Positions 1 to 10,399 of a DNA stretch of 64,000 bases are shown piece by piece. The DNA is taken from positions 96,001-160,000 of IMG/VR virus record IMGVR_UViG_3300010885_057925. One strand, written 5' to 3'. Within the stretch, counting starts at the first letter, position 1. Each line of letters starts with the position of its first letter. Source of the stretch: a virus. A model generated the notes under the pieces. That model saw nothing but the letters and a program-made list of their open reading frames with translations. It was not told the origin of the DNA and ran no database searches. The position numbers were made by a program, and so were the translations under genes.

Positions 1-1
1 G

Positions 2-1264
2 GTAGTGCTGCGGAATGAGCTTCGTTATCAGGTTCGGATTATTAGCGTCGTATTCAGATCCTGAGGTGAGAAGCTCAGCGTTCAGCGATACTACATCAGG
101 ATGATCGGAGAATAGAACAACGTTGTACTTCTCGAGCTCGGTTGACAACGGAGTTGAGAGGTGCTTAACTCTCTGGGAAGCTTGATAATTCGATACGTTG
201 GTGTGTAGTCCATTTCCAGAGTGATCAATCGCTAGAGCGCTGTTGGAGTACGATCCCGTGGGCTCGTTGAACTTAAAATAGACTTTTAGATCGTCATTTC
301 TATAATCTGGAAATGAGATCGTCGGACCTAGCTCTTCAGCGCTAAAATTGCGATGATAGATTCTAAACTCGTCCAGAGAACCAGAGAATCTAGAGGCGGG
401 AGAGAAAGTAAAAGATCCCACCGTGTGATCGGTGCCTGAACCGATGAGAAGCGAACTAGCAGCAAAATCTATTTGTCCGAATCTAACTGAGTCACTTGAC
501 GTCGCTGCTAGTTCGCCGTTAACGTACAACTGGACCTTGTCAACCCCTGAGTCCCTGTTGTGTTGAGCTGCGAATGATATGAAGGATCCCTTGGGAATTG
601 AGACAGAGGCTGTCATGTAGTTCGATGAACCGGAGCTCACGAACATGCAGAGAGAGCAGCTTGTCGCCAAAGCGCTGGAGGAAAGTGCCACCGTGTAACC
701 AGCGGTGGACCCGTTGAGCTTTTGGGCTATGATTTGGTTACCATTCGCAATCTCCGGGACAAAGAGATACGAAAACACGGTGTAAGACGATAGCTCGGGG
801 TTCAAGACACTTTTACCAGTGGTATCGCGTGACATTTCTGGTATAGTGACACCCGCCCTGTCTTTCACCGCAAGATGATTGGTCAAATCGAAGTTGAGGT
901 ATCCGAGATACTTGGGCATCGAGTCATAAACGTATTTCTCGAAACCAGTGAGTTCATCGAGAAATTGCTCTATCTCCTCCCTGGTGCCGTCAAAAGGAAA
1001 TTCATTTATGACTTTCTCAAAAGCAACGTTTGTTTTAGCCTGCGCTGAATTGAAGAACGTATGATTCTCAAACTTTGACCAATCGAGCGGAAGCTGTTGG
1101 GTTGACTTAACACCCGTGCCTATCGCGTCGTATCTAAAAGACGAAGAAGAGCCCACGACATTGTTTATCACGCTTCCTAGCGTCTGATCTATGACAGACG
1201 CACTGTTTCCTCGAAGATTAGCTTGCGCTACATCTCCGTACGTGGGTCCGAATATTCCAGGCAT
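2..1264 (-). CDS. Virion structural protein with LamG/concanavalin A-like domain (3' end runs off the window)
   Basis: Not in the ORF track. ATG at 1264 overlaps the TGA of the upstream gene. Reads MPGIFGPTYGDVAQ...VQLYVNGELAATS...FSGSLDEFRIYHR...LKVYFKFNE...IDHSGNG, typical LamG motifs, and stays open to the window edge. Confidence 0.7.
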   Translation of the reverse strand, partial: MPGIFGPTYGDVAQANLRGNSASVIDQTLGSVINNVVGSSSSFRYDAIGTGVKSTQQLPLDWSKFENHTFFNSAQAKTNVAFEKVINEFPFDGTREEIEQFLDELTGFEKYVYDSMPKYLGYLNFDLTNHLAVKDRAGVTIPEMSRDTTGKSVLNPELSSYTVFSYLFVPEIANGNQIIAQKLNGSTAGYTVALSSSALATSCSLCMFVSSGSSNYMTASVSIPKGSFISFAAQHNRDSGVDKVQLYVNGELAATSSDSVRFGQIDFAASSLLIGSGTDHTVGSFTFSPASRFSGSLDEFRIYHRNFSAEELGPTISFPDYRNDDLKVYFKFNEPTGSYSNSALAIDHSGNGLHTNVSNYQASQRVKHLSTPLSTELEKYNVVLFSDHPDVVSLNAELLTSGSEYDANNPNLITKLIPQHY

Positions 1265-2763
1265 CAGCTCTCCTCTATCCTGAACTTGAATCCTTGATCT
1301 CTTACTATACGCTCCGTTCCTCTATCATTAACAAGATAGTCTACCGTGAAAAGCTTTCCAGACGGAAGCCCGTCTGTGCTCATATTGAAAAATAATCCCG
1401 TAGAATCTGAGGACAACTTGGTCCCTGAGTCGAAGGGAATATAAACATCATCAGTTCCATCGACTCTTACCCTGTATTTCACGTCATTCGGTATCACGCT
1501 TTTAACGGGTCTTTGAACTTTTGTTGCCGAAGGCTCGTAATCAGGATCATAAACAAAAACTTTAACTTTGTAAGTCTTACCTGAGTTGTAAGATGGAAAC
1601 GCGTTGGTAGCTTTGATGATCAAGTCACGTGATGATTCAATAAACGCGCTTCTAATCGGCAGAGAGCAGGTCACGAACGAGGAAAGGTACGTAACACTAC
1701 GATCTATGGAGCTCCACGTTTCGCTAAAGATAATGGAGCCAGATGATCTCAGGTGTTGAGACAGAGTGATGGTCCCACTTACGAAATTGCTGTTTTGAGC
1801 TGAGATGTACAGGTTGCCTGAGTAGAGACCAGCTGATCGTGCCGTTCCGATTGAAACTTGCGAAGCGCTAACGGTTGTTGACCAGCTTCCAGTCGAAATT
1901 GTCAGAAGCATGCAATTGCTTCCAGTCACTTCGATCGACCTGGAAAGAACGTTTGCAAGACCAGAACCCACGTAATTCCTCAGATATAAAGATCCTGTGG
2001 AGTCAAAGTAGAAATTCTCATGAGAATCGTTGATTGAATCGTCGAAAGATATCTCAAGCCTTGGTCTTAAAGCGTGCTCAATAACATGACGACTAGCGAA
2101 TCTCTTAACGAATCTCGTGACGTCATCAGTCTCCTGGCTTCCACTGAAGGAAAGACGAAATCCGTTGTTTTGAACAATCCCGCCGAGTGTGGCTGAGATA
2201 ACGTTTGTTACGTCTACGAAAAGATCTTCGTTTCCATTCTCAAAATACTGCGAATTTCCTAGGTTAACGAGACCAGCTCCTAGATTTCCAGATGCGTAGT
2301 AATCAACGTTATCTCCTATCGAACCTGACGCTTCAGCGCCAGACATAATCCACAAATTTTCAGCAGATGAACTAAGAAAATTTGCAGCCCCTATGTCTGA
2401 GTACGCAGCGACATCTCTTCCGTATCCTTCGGAAAATGATCTTGCTAGCGGAAATGTCGATACAGTGAAGTTGTATGGGACTGGCAGTCCGGAAGACACG
2501 GACTTTAGTCTTATTTTCGCCTTGAATGATGGATTGTTGGGATTCACCGACGATGACGTCAAAGAATTTAGCTTCGATAAGTCAAATTTTAGCAGAAGTC
2601 GTGACAGCTCGATTACGGGAGATGATCCGGAGACGGTCTCATCATAGAGCTTGAACAAATCTAGAGTCCCGGCGCGACCTACGTTAGAATTAATCGATCT
2701 GGAACCATCGACAATTTTGTTTGTTATGTATGTGTCTGCCGAGGCGGTCAATAGCATGTACAT
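1264..2763 (-). CDS. Putative baseplate-associated virion structural protein
   Basis: 499 aa, S/G/T-rich and beta-like, translationally coupled to the gp6-like gene. Confidence 0.55.
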   Translation of the reverse strand: MYMLLTASADTYITNKIVDGSRSINSNVGRAGTLDLFKLYDETVSGSSPVIELSRLLLKFDLSKLNSLTSSSVNPNNPSFKAKIRLKSVSSGLPVPYNFTVSTFPLARSFSEGYGRDVAAYSDIGAANFLSSSAENLWIMSGAEASGSIGDNVDYYASGNLGAGLVNLGNSQYFENGNEDLFVDVTNVISATLGGIVQNNGFRLSFSGSQETDDVTRFVKRFASRHVIEHALRPRLEISFDDSINDSHENFYFDSTGSLYLRNYVGSGLANVLSRSIEVTGSNCMLLTISTGSWSTTVSASQVSIGTARSAGLYSGNLYISAQNSNFVSGTITLSQHLRSSGSIIFSETWSSIDRSVTYLSSFVTCSLPIRSAFIESSRDLIIKATNAFPSYNSGKTYKVKVFVYDPDYEPSATKVQRPVKSVIPNDVKYRVRVDGTDDVYIPFDSGTKLSSDSTGLFFNMSTDGLPSGKLFTVDYLVNDRGTERIVRDQGFKFRIEES

Positions 2764-4601
2764 TAGAGAGCGCTCCCGATGATGTCGTAGTTCGGATACT
2801 TGAGTTCGAATATGCTACCAGGTGGTCCATAAACTGCTCCACGAACCGTGCTTTGTCCCACGTTCATAGAGTTGACCGAGTACGTACGACCTTGAGAGCT
2901 GACGGCGACATTCTCTATTTTCAGATCGACAAGAGAGAGAACTCCAGCGCTGTTTATGATCGCGCTCTGTATGTCAGAAATTAGTATCGGCTGATCAATC
3001 TGAAAGTTATCGACCGTCAGCATTCCGACCAAGCTGTTGATCACGTTTTGCAGTACGAGCGGTTTATTAGCATTCGGATTGACGATGATAGAAAATCTAA
3101 CTCTAAAGTTTATTACTTTGGTGTCCAGAATATCGATTGCATCATTGATCAGTCTGAATTCGTTCAAATAAGTCCTAAGATTCTTCTTAAGAGTATCTGT
3201 CGCTGTTGTAAGATATCCGCTCGCGTCTTTAGTACACACGTATAGTTGACTTGACAGCGGGTTGTTCGGATTCGGGCGAACACCTGCCCTATAAACTCTT
3301 CCCAACTTCGAGGGAAGCGTATAGACCCTGGCGATTAAATCTTCTCTTGTGACGATTCTGTCCTGCCTACTTCTAGCTGATGGTATTTGAGATCTCAATT
3401 GCTCAAGAGTCAATGCGTTATCTCCACCTCGAGCTGGAAAATCATTTCTTACATCTATAGACGCTCTAACGCTAGCAGCGACTGTTGAAGTAACAGCATC
3501 AGGGAATTGTATTCTGAGGATTTGAACCGCTCTAATGGTTCTAGAAGCGACATTGTGGCTCAAGCCTCCACCGTATCTGTATGTGACGCTTAGAGTCGTT
3601 GAGCTTGGTAAGATGCCCAATGTCTTCGTTTGAAGAAGAGAGTTGGGATCCAGGCTGAATCTGGAGAGAGTAGTTTTTCCGTATAGCGGAATTGCCAAGG
3701 TCTCAGGATCTGGAATTGCGTCGTCTTCTGTCGTTAACGCCGTGCCACCGCCGAACTGAAGGTTGGTGGTTCTAGTAGAAGGAGAAGAAACTGTGACAAA
3801 TCTTCTTGGGGCCGGTATCACGTCCATAGATCGTGGAACTTCTTCGGAATCAGAAGAAAGATTCGGAAATGTCTTGAATACAGTATCCTGACTTAGCGTT
3901 TGAACTTCGTAGTATTCATTTCCCTCTGCATCAACCACGCTCATAATTTCACTAACGTCTGTGTTGCTGAGAGTTATCGTGAAAAAAGGCGATGGTGAGT
4001 TACCGATAGTGAATGTTTCAGTCGAGACGTTGCCAGATGTGCAAACGACATCTCTTTTAAGAATAAAGCTTGTCGGGCTATTGCTGGCGTTGACGTCTCC
4101 TACCACGTAAGTCGCACGCAAATTTCCAAGTCTATCAATTTCTGCGAAGTCTACATCCTCAGTTGTCGTAAAAGATATGCCCGAGGATGATGCCAATGTC
4201 GTATTTTGGAGAACACGAGGCAGAGTGTCCGCGTCAGGTACGTAATTTCCATTTATTAATTTAGACGGAGCTTCTATGAAAATTGTCACAGTCACGCTGG
4301 CTGGTGAAGCTCCGGAAGATTTCACACCCGCTTCCTGAAGCATCCTGGAAATATTTTCGATTTCTATCGCAGTGCTCCACCCAAGCTCTCTGAATTGATG
4401 GTCCATGTAGAAAGACATAGAATCCGCCACTGTGGCAGCCATGTCCAGAAATAGACCCCCAACGCTAGCCTCAGAAAAATCTTGGATTTTATCCCCGAAA
4501 TAAGTTCTTGAATAACGCAACAGGTCGGCTCGAAATGAATCGAAGTCTCTAGCTAGGTAAGTTCTATTGCGTGCGTTTCTGAACTGCTGGTCTCCTGCCA
4601 T
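2763..4601 (-). CDS. Baseplate wedge subunit (T4 gp6 / baseplate J-like)
   Basis: RDFDSFRADL...QDFSEASVGGLFLDMAA N-terminus, GGDNALTLEQLR...RQDRIVTREDL motif, next to the gp25-like gene. Confidence 0.85.
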   Translation of the reverse strand: MAGDQQFRNARNRTYLARDFDSFRADLLRYSRTYFGDKIQDFSEASVGGLFLDMAATVADSMSFYMDHQFRELGWSTAIEIENISRMLQEAGVKSSGASPASVTVTIFIEAPSKLINGNYVPDADTLPRVLQNTTLASSSGISFTTTEDVDFAEIDRLGNLRATYVVGDVNASNSPTSFILKRDVVCTSGNVSTETFTIGNSPSPFFTITLSNTDVSEIMSVVDAEGNEYYEVQTLSQDTVFKTFPNLSSDSEEVPRSMDVIPAPRRFVTVSSPSTRTTNLQFGGGTALTTEDDAIPDPETLAIPLYGKTTLSRFSLDPNSLLQTKTLGILPSSTTLSVTYRYGGGLSHNVASRTIRAVQILRIQFPDAVTSTVAASVRASIDVRNDFPARGGDNALTLEQLRSQIPSARSRQDRIVTREDLIARVYTLPSKLGRVYRAGVRPNPNNPLSSQLYVCTKDASGYLTTATDTLKKNLRTYLNEFRLINDAIDILDTKVINFRVRFSIIVNPNANKPLVLQNVINSLVGMLTVDNFQIDQPILISDIQSAIINSAGVLSLVDLKIENVAVSSQGRTYSVNSMNVGQSTVRGAVYGPPGSIFELKYPNYDIIGSAL

Positions 4602-5084
4602 TTATCCTCCGAATCTCATTGTCAACAAGAGATTCTGATTTGCTATATTTGCGCTTGGGACGGAATACGTTATCAACATTTTTATCAAAGCTGTTGCGCT
4701 AGTATCCGAAATCTCGTTAGTAAGAGAAAAATCTTCCAGAGTTATAAAGGGCATGTACTTTTCTGTTGCAGCCTTTATTCGACGCATAGCCTCTTCATCA
4801 GCGTCCTCAGCCCCAAGCTCGAAAGCGAGCGGAGCAAGATTGGCTCCAAAATCTGGGAATGCCAGTCTCTCGTTCCTGTTGGTGAGTATTAAATTTCTCA
4901 GATTGTCTTTGATCTGATCGGCTAAAGATCGATGCATTTTAAGAAGACCGTCGTCCGTCGACCCGATCTCGATTGGCGTCTTTATCCCTATCGGGGGCGC
5001 GGTGATACGAGCTCTCGCTCTCGCGTTGTAATCGACCGTCTTTTCTCCGACGCTTTTGAAACTGTAAGATTTTGCCTCAGCCAT
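4602..5084 (-). CDS. Baseplate wedge protein, gp25/GPW family
   Basis: QIKDNLRNLILTNRNERLAFPDFGANL signature. Confidence 0.85.
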   Translation of the reverse strand: MAEAKSYSFKSVGEKTVDYNARARARITAPPIGIKTPIEIGSTDDGLLKMHRSLADQIKDNLRNLILTNRNERLAFPDFGANLAPLAFELGAEDADEEAMRRIKAATEKYMPFITLEDFSLTNEISDTSATALIKMLITYSVPSANIANQNLLLTMRFGG

Positions 5085-5124
5085 CTTTAAGCACTTCCGC
5101 TATTAAATAGCTCGAAGCTAAAAA

Positions 5125-6579
5125 TCACTCACCGTAGATGACAGTAGAAGCTAAAGTGTTGACGTTGAGACCATCAGACAGCTCGCCCTTAAATTGAATC
5201 GATGTAGCCGAGCGTTGCGTCAAATTAGCGATCTCTGTCGCAGCAGATGCTCCAAGAGCAGCGGCGGGAGGAACAAGCGTAGTTGCAGCAGCTCCGAAAG
5301 TTGACAGCGCTGATGACAGAGTGGAAACGGTGTTGACAAGAGATTGATGTTCGTCTATCATTCTATTGAGAAACGATGACAGCTTGTCAAGCCTGATGTA
5401 AGGCTGAAGATTAAAGCTTGATCCCTCTTGCGAGACGTAGGGAGTTAGAAAAATTTTAGGAGAAGCAATCTGAACAGACCCATTTTCGTCCATGATGATG
5501 GCCGCTCCGTCATCCGCAGTTGGCTCTTTCAATATTTTTATGCTCTTTCGTGATACCAATCTTAAATTGTCAGCTTTTGCGACAAAAAAAGATCCAACTT
5601 TCATGTCTTGGTTGTCTATAACGGCAGGACCAGTGATGTCTGCTGGTGGTTTTAATGACAGCAGCGCATCAGGACCTGTTAGGTCGTCAGAATCAGCAGT
5701 GATGTATATCCTCGCTGCATCATCAGCAAAATTAGCGTCTCCTTCGTTCACAGACTCATCGGGACTTATTCTTTTGTCTATTTCTGGATTTAGAAGCTCC
5801 ATCAGAACGGTCTTTGCTGTAGAAGTTATTTTTCTTCCAACAACAATGTCAATAGCGGGCTTTCCAACCAAAACCTCATCGTTAGATTCGCTTTTGTCAA
5901 TCTCGACCAATCCTGTGCGTCCCCTCTCCTCTCCTAGCATTATCAAAGAATTGTTAGATCCCTGCATGACAAAATCTCCAGGTCTTTTCGTGTACCTGGG
6001 AATTGCATCGAACCTGTGAACTTGCTTCGCGTATTCGATGAGATCAATCATCTCTGTAGGATTAGACGTCGGAGATTCGGTCGAGTCCAATTGCTTTGGA
6101 GAATCAGCTGCATCGCTTTGCGTCGAACCCGACTCGCGATCAGAAAACTTGTCGCTAGTTCTCTTCTTTACGACCGCGGAGCTCGTTGAAGTCTTGTAAG
6201 TTCTTCTATTGTACGCGTAATTCACGTCTTCAACGTGTCTCGGTCCGTGAATTCTAGATATCCAGTATCCGATCGCAGATCTTCCCGGTGGGTTGTATTC
6301 TTCGAACATGACCCAAACTTCTTCGCCAGGCTTCACTGGCATAGAAAAATGAGAAGAGAAAAACGGATAGCAAATTACCTCTCCATCGTCTCCACCGTTA
6401 GTTTTCGATTCACCATTAGAAAGAATCTTAACGACCACAGAGTTTCTGGGGAGATGTTTGAGATTCTCATCTCCAGCTACCCTCCCAGCGTATTCTGATA
6501 TCGTTTTTCTAGTGCTTCCCTTCTGCGCAGGGTTCGTCAAAATGTCGGTTACAATAGCACGAACAAATGCGGCTGGCAT
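5125..6579 (-). CDS. Putative baseplate hub/central spike protein (gp5 OB-fold-like N-terminus)
   Basis: CYPFFSSHFSMPVKPGEEVWVMF and PGDFVMQGSNNSLIMLG motifs, positioned upstream of gp25/gp6. Confidence 0.55.
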   Translation of the reverse strand: MPAAFVRAIVTDILTNPAQKGSTRKTISEYAGRVAGDENLKHLPRNSVVVKILSNGESKTNGGDDGEVICYPFFSSHFSMPVKPGEEVWVMFEEYNPPGRSAIGYWISRIHGPRHVEDVNYAYNRRTYKTSTSSAVVKKRTSDKFSDRESGSTQSDAADSPKQLDSTESPTSNPTEMIDLIEYAKQVHRFDAIPRYTKRPGDFVMQGSNNSLIMLGEERGRTGLVEIDKSESNDEVLVGKPAIDIVVGRKITSTAKTVLMELLNPEIDKRISPDESVNEGDANFADDAARIYITADSDDLTGPDALLSLKPPADITGPAVIDNQDMKVGSFFVAKADNLRLVSRKSIKILKEPTADDGAAIIMDENGSVQIASPKIFLTPYVSQEGSSFNLQPYIRLDKLSSFLNRMIDEHQSLVNTVSTLSSALSTFGAAATTLVPPAAALGASAATEIANLTQRSATSIQFKGELSDGLNVNTLASTVIYGE

Positions 6580-6582
6580 CTC

Positions 6583-6945
6583 TTACTTCTTTATCCTTTC
6601 AAAGATGTCGTCCTCTGATATTTGCTCAGTGCTTGTCTCAGAGTCAGCAATAAGCTTGGCCAAATTAAGCAACTGCTCATTGCTTTTTGACATTCTCTCG
6701 AGATATTTTGTCAGCGTTTGACCAAGCGTAGCGTGATCTGCCGACGATCCTCCCATGTTTGAGTATAGATCGGTGAAAAGTATGTGAGCGCTCGTTCGAT
6801 CAACGATCGCATTCTCGTATATCTCTTTCCATAGAAGCTTCTTCTTCTCAGAAGCGCTCTCTATTGAATCAAGAATATCAGAGAACTGCTCAACTTTCTT
6901 GTCGTTGTCTTTCAGCTTTTCCAATATCTTGTCGATCGATCCCAT
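6583..6945 (-). CDS. Hypothetical helical protein
   Basis: 120 aa ORF coupled to the sigma gene. Confidence 0.6.
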   Translation of the reverse strand: MGSIDKILEKLKDNDKKVEQFSDILDSIESASEKKKLLWKEIYENAIVDRTSAHILFTDLYSNMGGSSADHATLGQTLTKYLERMSKSNEQLLNLAKLIADSETSTEQISEDDIFERIKK

Positions 6946-7664
6946 CAGATGAAATCTCCATTTTTAGCTATTATTCTGTACTGCTTCCTGATTGAAGACA
7001 TTGCAGAGCCTAACTGCTTTTGATTGAGGTTGGAGATGTTCTTGACATATACAAATACGGCTCGCTTGTTCAAAAAATCAAGATCGTCTATCTGCGTGAA
7101 CACTGTTATAATAGCATCGATGCAAGATTGCTCATGAGGCTGATACAAATTTCGCTTTATCCTCTTCATCATGTCAAGAATAAGCTCTCTACGACCAGAC
7201 TCGATCATCTGCTCTTCTGGGTTCGGGCCGATTTGACTGCTGTTGTAGTACTCAGCTTCTCTCGAATTGCTGTCGCGAAGATCTTCGATCGATACGAATC
7301 TCTTGCCTTTCTTCTGACGATTCTTAGAATAGATGACAAGCCAATTTCTGGCTACAACGTTGAAGTATGAAAATGCTTTGCTACCGCGTGATGCATCGAA
7401 TTTATGAAGCGATTCGTACAAGAACGTAACGCAATCATTCTTAAGATGCTCGATCGGTTCATTCGGGGCAGCAAATCCGTAAATGAAGATGAGACTCTCA
7501 ACCAGCTTATCAAAAGCTGGCATGATCCTGCCAACGTAGATCTTATGCTTATCATCTATGACAGCAGCGGCTTGGAATTCTTCAATTGCCTTCTGCGTCT
7601 CAGCGTCGAAATACAGAGTGCCGGTACCGTTGCCCCGCTTAACTATCCTTTTTGCTGCTGCCAC
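6945..7664 (-). CDS. Phage RNA polymerase sigma factor (region 2, gp55-like late sigma)
   Basis: LKNDCVTFLYESLHKFDASRGSKAFSYFNVVARNWL resembles sigma region 2.2-2.4. No clear region-4 HTH. Confidence 0.7.
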   Translation of the reverse strand: MAAAKRIVKRGNGTGTLYFDAETQKAIEEFQAAAVIDDKHKIYVGRIMPAFDKLVESLIFIYGFAAPNEPIEHLKNDCVTFLYESLHKFDASRGSKAFSYFNVVARNWLVIYSKNRQKKGKRFVSIEDLRDSNSREAEYYNSSQIGPNPEEQMIESGRRELILDMMKRIKRNLYQPHEQSCIDAIITVFTQIDDLDFLNKRAVFVYVKNISNLNQKQLGSAMSSIRKQYRIIAKNGDFI

Positions 7665-7953
7665 TCTCTTCCTCTTCTTCTTGGATCGATGTTAGCTGTT
7701 TCGCTACGTAAAGTATCGTCTCTCTTGACTTCCTTATGTCTTCAACAGCGCGTTTAATCTCTGGTGAATCATAAAAGAGTGGTACTTTCAGTATCTTGGA
7801 AATTGAATTATATCTCTTATCCAAGGCGTCAAGTGATTCTTCGATCGCGTCTTGAACACGTAACATCGTAAGGCCAAGTTTGTAATTGTAATACAACGAG
7901 GCTATCAATGCTATTGTCTCTATTAAAAGAAGCACGATCATGAATATCATCAC
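7639..7953 (-). CDS. Hypothetical protein with N-terminal transmembrane helix
   Basis: Hydrophobic N-terminus followed by a coiled-coil-like segment. Confidence 0.55.
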   Translation of the reverse strand: MMIFMIVLLLIETIALIASLYYNYKLGLTMLRVQDAIEESLDALDKRYNSISKILKVPLFYDSPEIKRAVEDIRKSRETILYVAKQLTSIQEEEEESGSSKKDS

Positions 7954-9113
7954 TTTAAAATATCTCCGATTGTGCTCTCATAAAATTCATTGATCGCCAG
8001 CGGATTATGAGAATTAATCAAAATCTTAGATAAATCAGCGGCCCATTGTCTTGGATTTTCAGAAGAGTTCTTAAACTTTCTGACTTTCTTCTTGAAATCA
8101 GACTCTCTAACCTCGGCCCACTTTGTTCCAGCGATCCAGATATTATTGTCGACTCTGCTAGCATGTATTGGAGTCATATCGTATTCTAGCTTCACAAACT
8201 TTCCCTTGCCCATGAAGTCCATGTGGCCAGATTGCTCAGTTGCAATCACCGGTAGTCCGCTAGCTGCAGCCTCAAGAATTGGAAGACCAAATCCCTCGCC
8301 ACGAGTAGGAGCGACTAGAGCTTTAACGGTGCTGTGACGATAAAGACCAGCAATCTCAGAATTGGACATTATGCCATGAATGACGTGAACTCTCGGGAAT
8401 GGGCCACGACGAACCTCTTTCAGAGTATTTCTGAGAGCATTTTCAACTCCAGCCCAATCGAGTCTAGTTCCACGCCCGACGTTTGTCTTCACGATGATGC
8501 CTACGTCTGGATCGTTCGCGAACTCCTCACAAAGCCACTTTAGAGCAAAGAAGATATTCTTTCTATCGTTGAAAGGGTTGTTACCTGTCAACGTCCCGAC
8601 AAGAAGAAAATTGAACTTAGTCTCAAAATTAGCCTCAAATCTACAATTTTCATCCAAAATTTCTGGAATGAAGCTTTCGGGTATCACGACAATTGGAGTC
8701 GTTACGTCTCCCGTATCTCGAAGAGTCTTTTCACAAAAAGTCGATGGAACAACAACGGTATCCATCGAATTGCAGCACTTTATCCACTCTGGGTTGCATC
8801 TATCAGATTCTACTACAGCCGTCACTCCAACGTTCTTGTGAGCAAGCTCGGTAGACCACTCGTTCGGAAGTTGGATCTGAAACGAAACATCAAACTTCTC
8901 GCTGGGGTCTGCGCTTCGCTTCATGATTTCTCCTATTAATCCACCTTCTGCAGACGGATTAACGTGCCAGCTCGTAGAGCCCCATGGAAGTATTTGGACT
9001 TTGATATCATCGCTCTGATGCTTCGCCAGCAACCAACGAAATACCTGACGAGCGTGATTTCCATAACCAGACTCGCTGAGAAGTGGTCCTCTTACCAGTA
9101 TCTTCTTACTCAT
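7950..9113 (-). CDS. Glycosyltransferase, GT4 (GT-B) family
   Basis: SGYGNHAR and RGEGFGLPILEAAASGLPVIAT motifs. Start moved to ATG 9113 (ATGA overlap). Confidence 0.9.
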   Translation of the reverse strand: MSKKILVRGPLLSESGYGNHARQVFRWLLAKHQSDDIKVQILPWGSTSWHVNPSAEGGLIGEIMKRSADPSEKFDVSFQIQLPNEWSTELAHKNVGVTAVVESDRCNPEWIKCCNSMDTVVVPSTFCEKTLRDTGDVTTPIVVIPESFIPEILDENCRFEANFETKFNFLLVGTLTGNNPFNDRKNIFFALKWLCEEFANDPDVGIIVKTNVGRGTRLDWAGVENALRNTLKEVRRGPFPRVHVIHGIMSNSEIAGLYRHSTVKALVAPTRGEGFGLPILEAAASGLPVIATEQSGHMDFMGKGKFVKLEYDMTPIHASRVDNNIWIAGTKWAEVRESDFKKKVRKFKNSSENPRQWAADLSKILINSHNPLAINEFYESTIGDILK

Positions 9114-10351
9114 AACGTCACCTTCTTCCAGGCATTGTATCTTGTCTTCCAATTTTCTATCGTCTCTTTCAATGTTTCATCCCAACGATTTATGACATTG
9201 TCGTAGGAAAACTCTTCCTGCACGTAGCGACGTGCTTTCTCTCCCAACGCTTTTCTTTCATCAGGTGAAAGCCTGTAGAGCTTCTCTATCGCGTTGGCAG
9301 TAGTTTCATTCGAGACGTAATCTTCGTATATGTAAGGAACAACCTGCGATCCGACTAGCGTTCGATTCTCAATTGGAAGAGCGACCCCATTCTCAGATCC
9401 ATCACGATGATCAATCACCTGACGTGTCAATCCGCCAGTCGTTGCGGCGATAATTGGACGACCGCACTGCATAGCTTCAAGAGTCGCAAGACCGAAACCC
9501 TCTGCATACGAGATGTTGATGCATGCGTCAGATATGTTATGCAGAATGTTCATCTTCTCAAAATCAATCCGATCGGTTGAGAAAATTACGCTGTCTTGAA
9601 CTCCAAAAAACTTGACTACCTCATGAAGGTTTGGTCCCTCCTGGTCAAGAGGATCGGTGTGCATGATAAGGGACGCGTCCCGCTTTCCCTCTTGCTTGAT
9701 CTTCTTTGCAAAGATGGACCATGCCTCGATCACATCGCTGGGACGCTTTCGGCGAGCATTTCGATTGACCCAGAAAAGAACAAAGTTATCTTTCTTGGTT
9801 GGGCCAAGAATCTCAACCTTTCTAGCCAACCTCTGCTCGTCAGTTAGCGGATAGAAAATCTCTGGCGGTAGAGCGTGAGGTATGAAGTTTGACTTCTCAG
9901 GAAAATCCTGCTTGCAGATCTCATACGTAAGATACGAATGACAGTTGATCAGATCCGTAGAATCATAAAACGGAGCGTTAAAGGCAGGCTTCGGCCAATT
10001 GTCCCAGACATGCCACCAAGCGATTGGGCAAACCTGGTGGATCTCGTCTTCCATTTCAAAGAGCCATACGAAAAATCTAGGGTCAGTGAAAATGAGAATC
10101 AGATCTGGCTTCTCAGTTGCGAGCGTGACCCGAAGCATCTCTTTTGTGCCGAACCCGTCAATGGGCTTGATGATGAAATCATCATTCACTACGATAGTTC
10201 GGTAGTCAGAGTGCTTAATAGCGGCACCGAATTGCCTGAATGTCCACCCACCTTTCTTCAGCAGACCATTCACCAAGTGTCTTGTTTGCGTTCCAACTCC
10301 AGAGGTTGACAGAGCATGGTCAGACAGTATTAGAACCTTTTTCTTCTGCAA
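9110..10351 (-). CDS. Glycosyltransferase, GT4 (GT-B) family
   Basis: SYAEGFGLATLEAMQCGRPII and NRNARRKR motifs. Confidence 0.9.
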   Translation of the reverse strand: MQKKKVLILSDHALSTSGVGTQTRHLVNGLLKKGGWTFRQFGAAIKHSDYRTIVVNDDFIIKPIDGFGTKEMLRVTLATEKPDLILIFTDPRFFVWLFEMEDEIHQVCPIAWWHVWDNWPKPAFNAPFYDSTDLINCHSYLTYEICKQDFPEKSNFIPHALPPEIFYPLTDEQRLARKVEILGPTKKDNFVLFWVNRNARRKRPSDVIEAWSIFAKKIKQEGKRDASLIMHTDPLDQEGPNLHEVVKFFGVQDSVIFSTDRIDFEKMNILHNISDACINISYAEGFGLATLEAMQCGRPIIAATTGGLTRQVIDHRDGSENGVALPIENRTLVGSQVVPYIYEDYVSNETTANAIEKLYRLSPDERKALGEKARRYVQEEFSYDNVINRWDETLKETIENWKTRYNAWKKVTL

Positions 10352-10399
10352 GAAACTTTCCTCTTTCGAAAAATTAAGAAGAGAGAACCATAAGTAAAT

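Noticed and set aside
1264-6579. Bacterial contractile injection system (eCIS/T6SS/tailocin) instead of a phage
   Set aside because: The context of a dispersed tRNA array, homing endonuclease, gp55-like sigma, PhoH and many phage-type orphans fits a large lytic phage.
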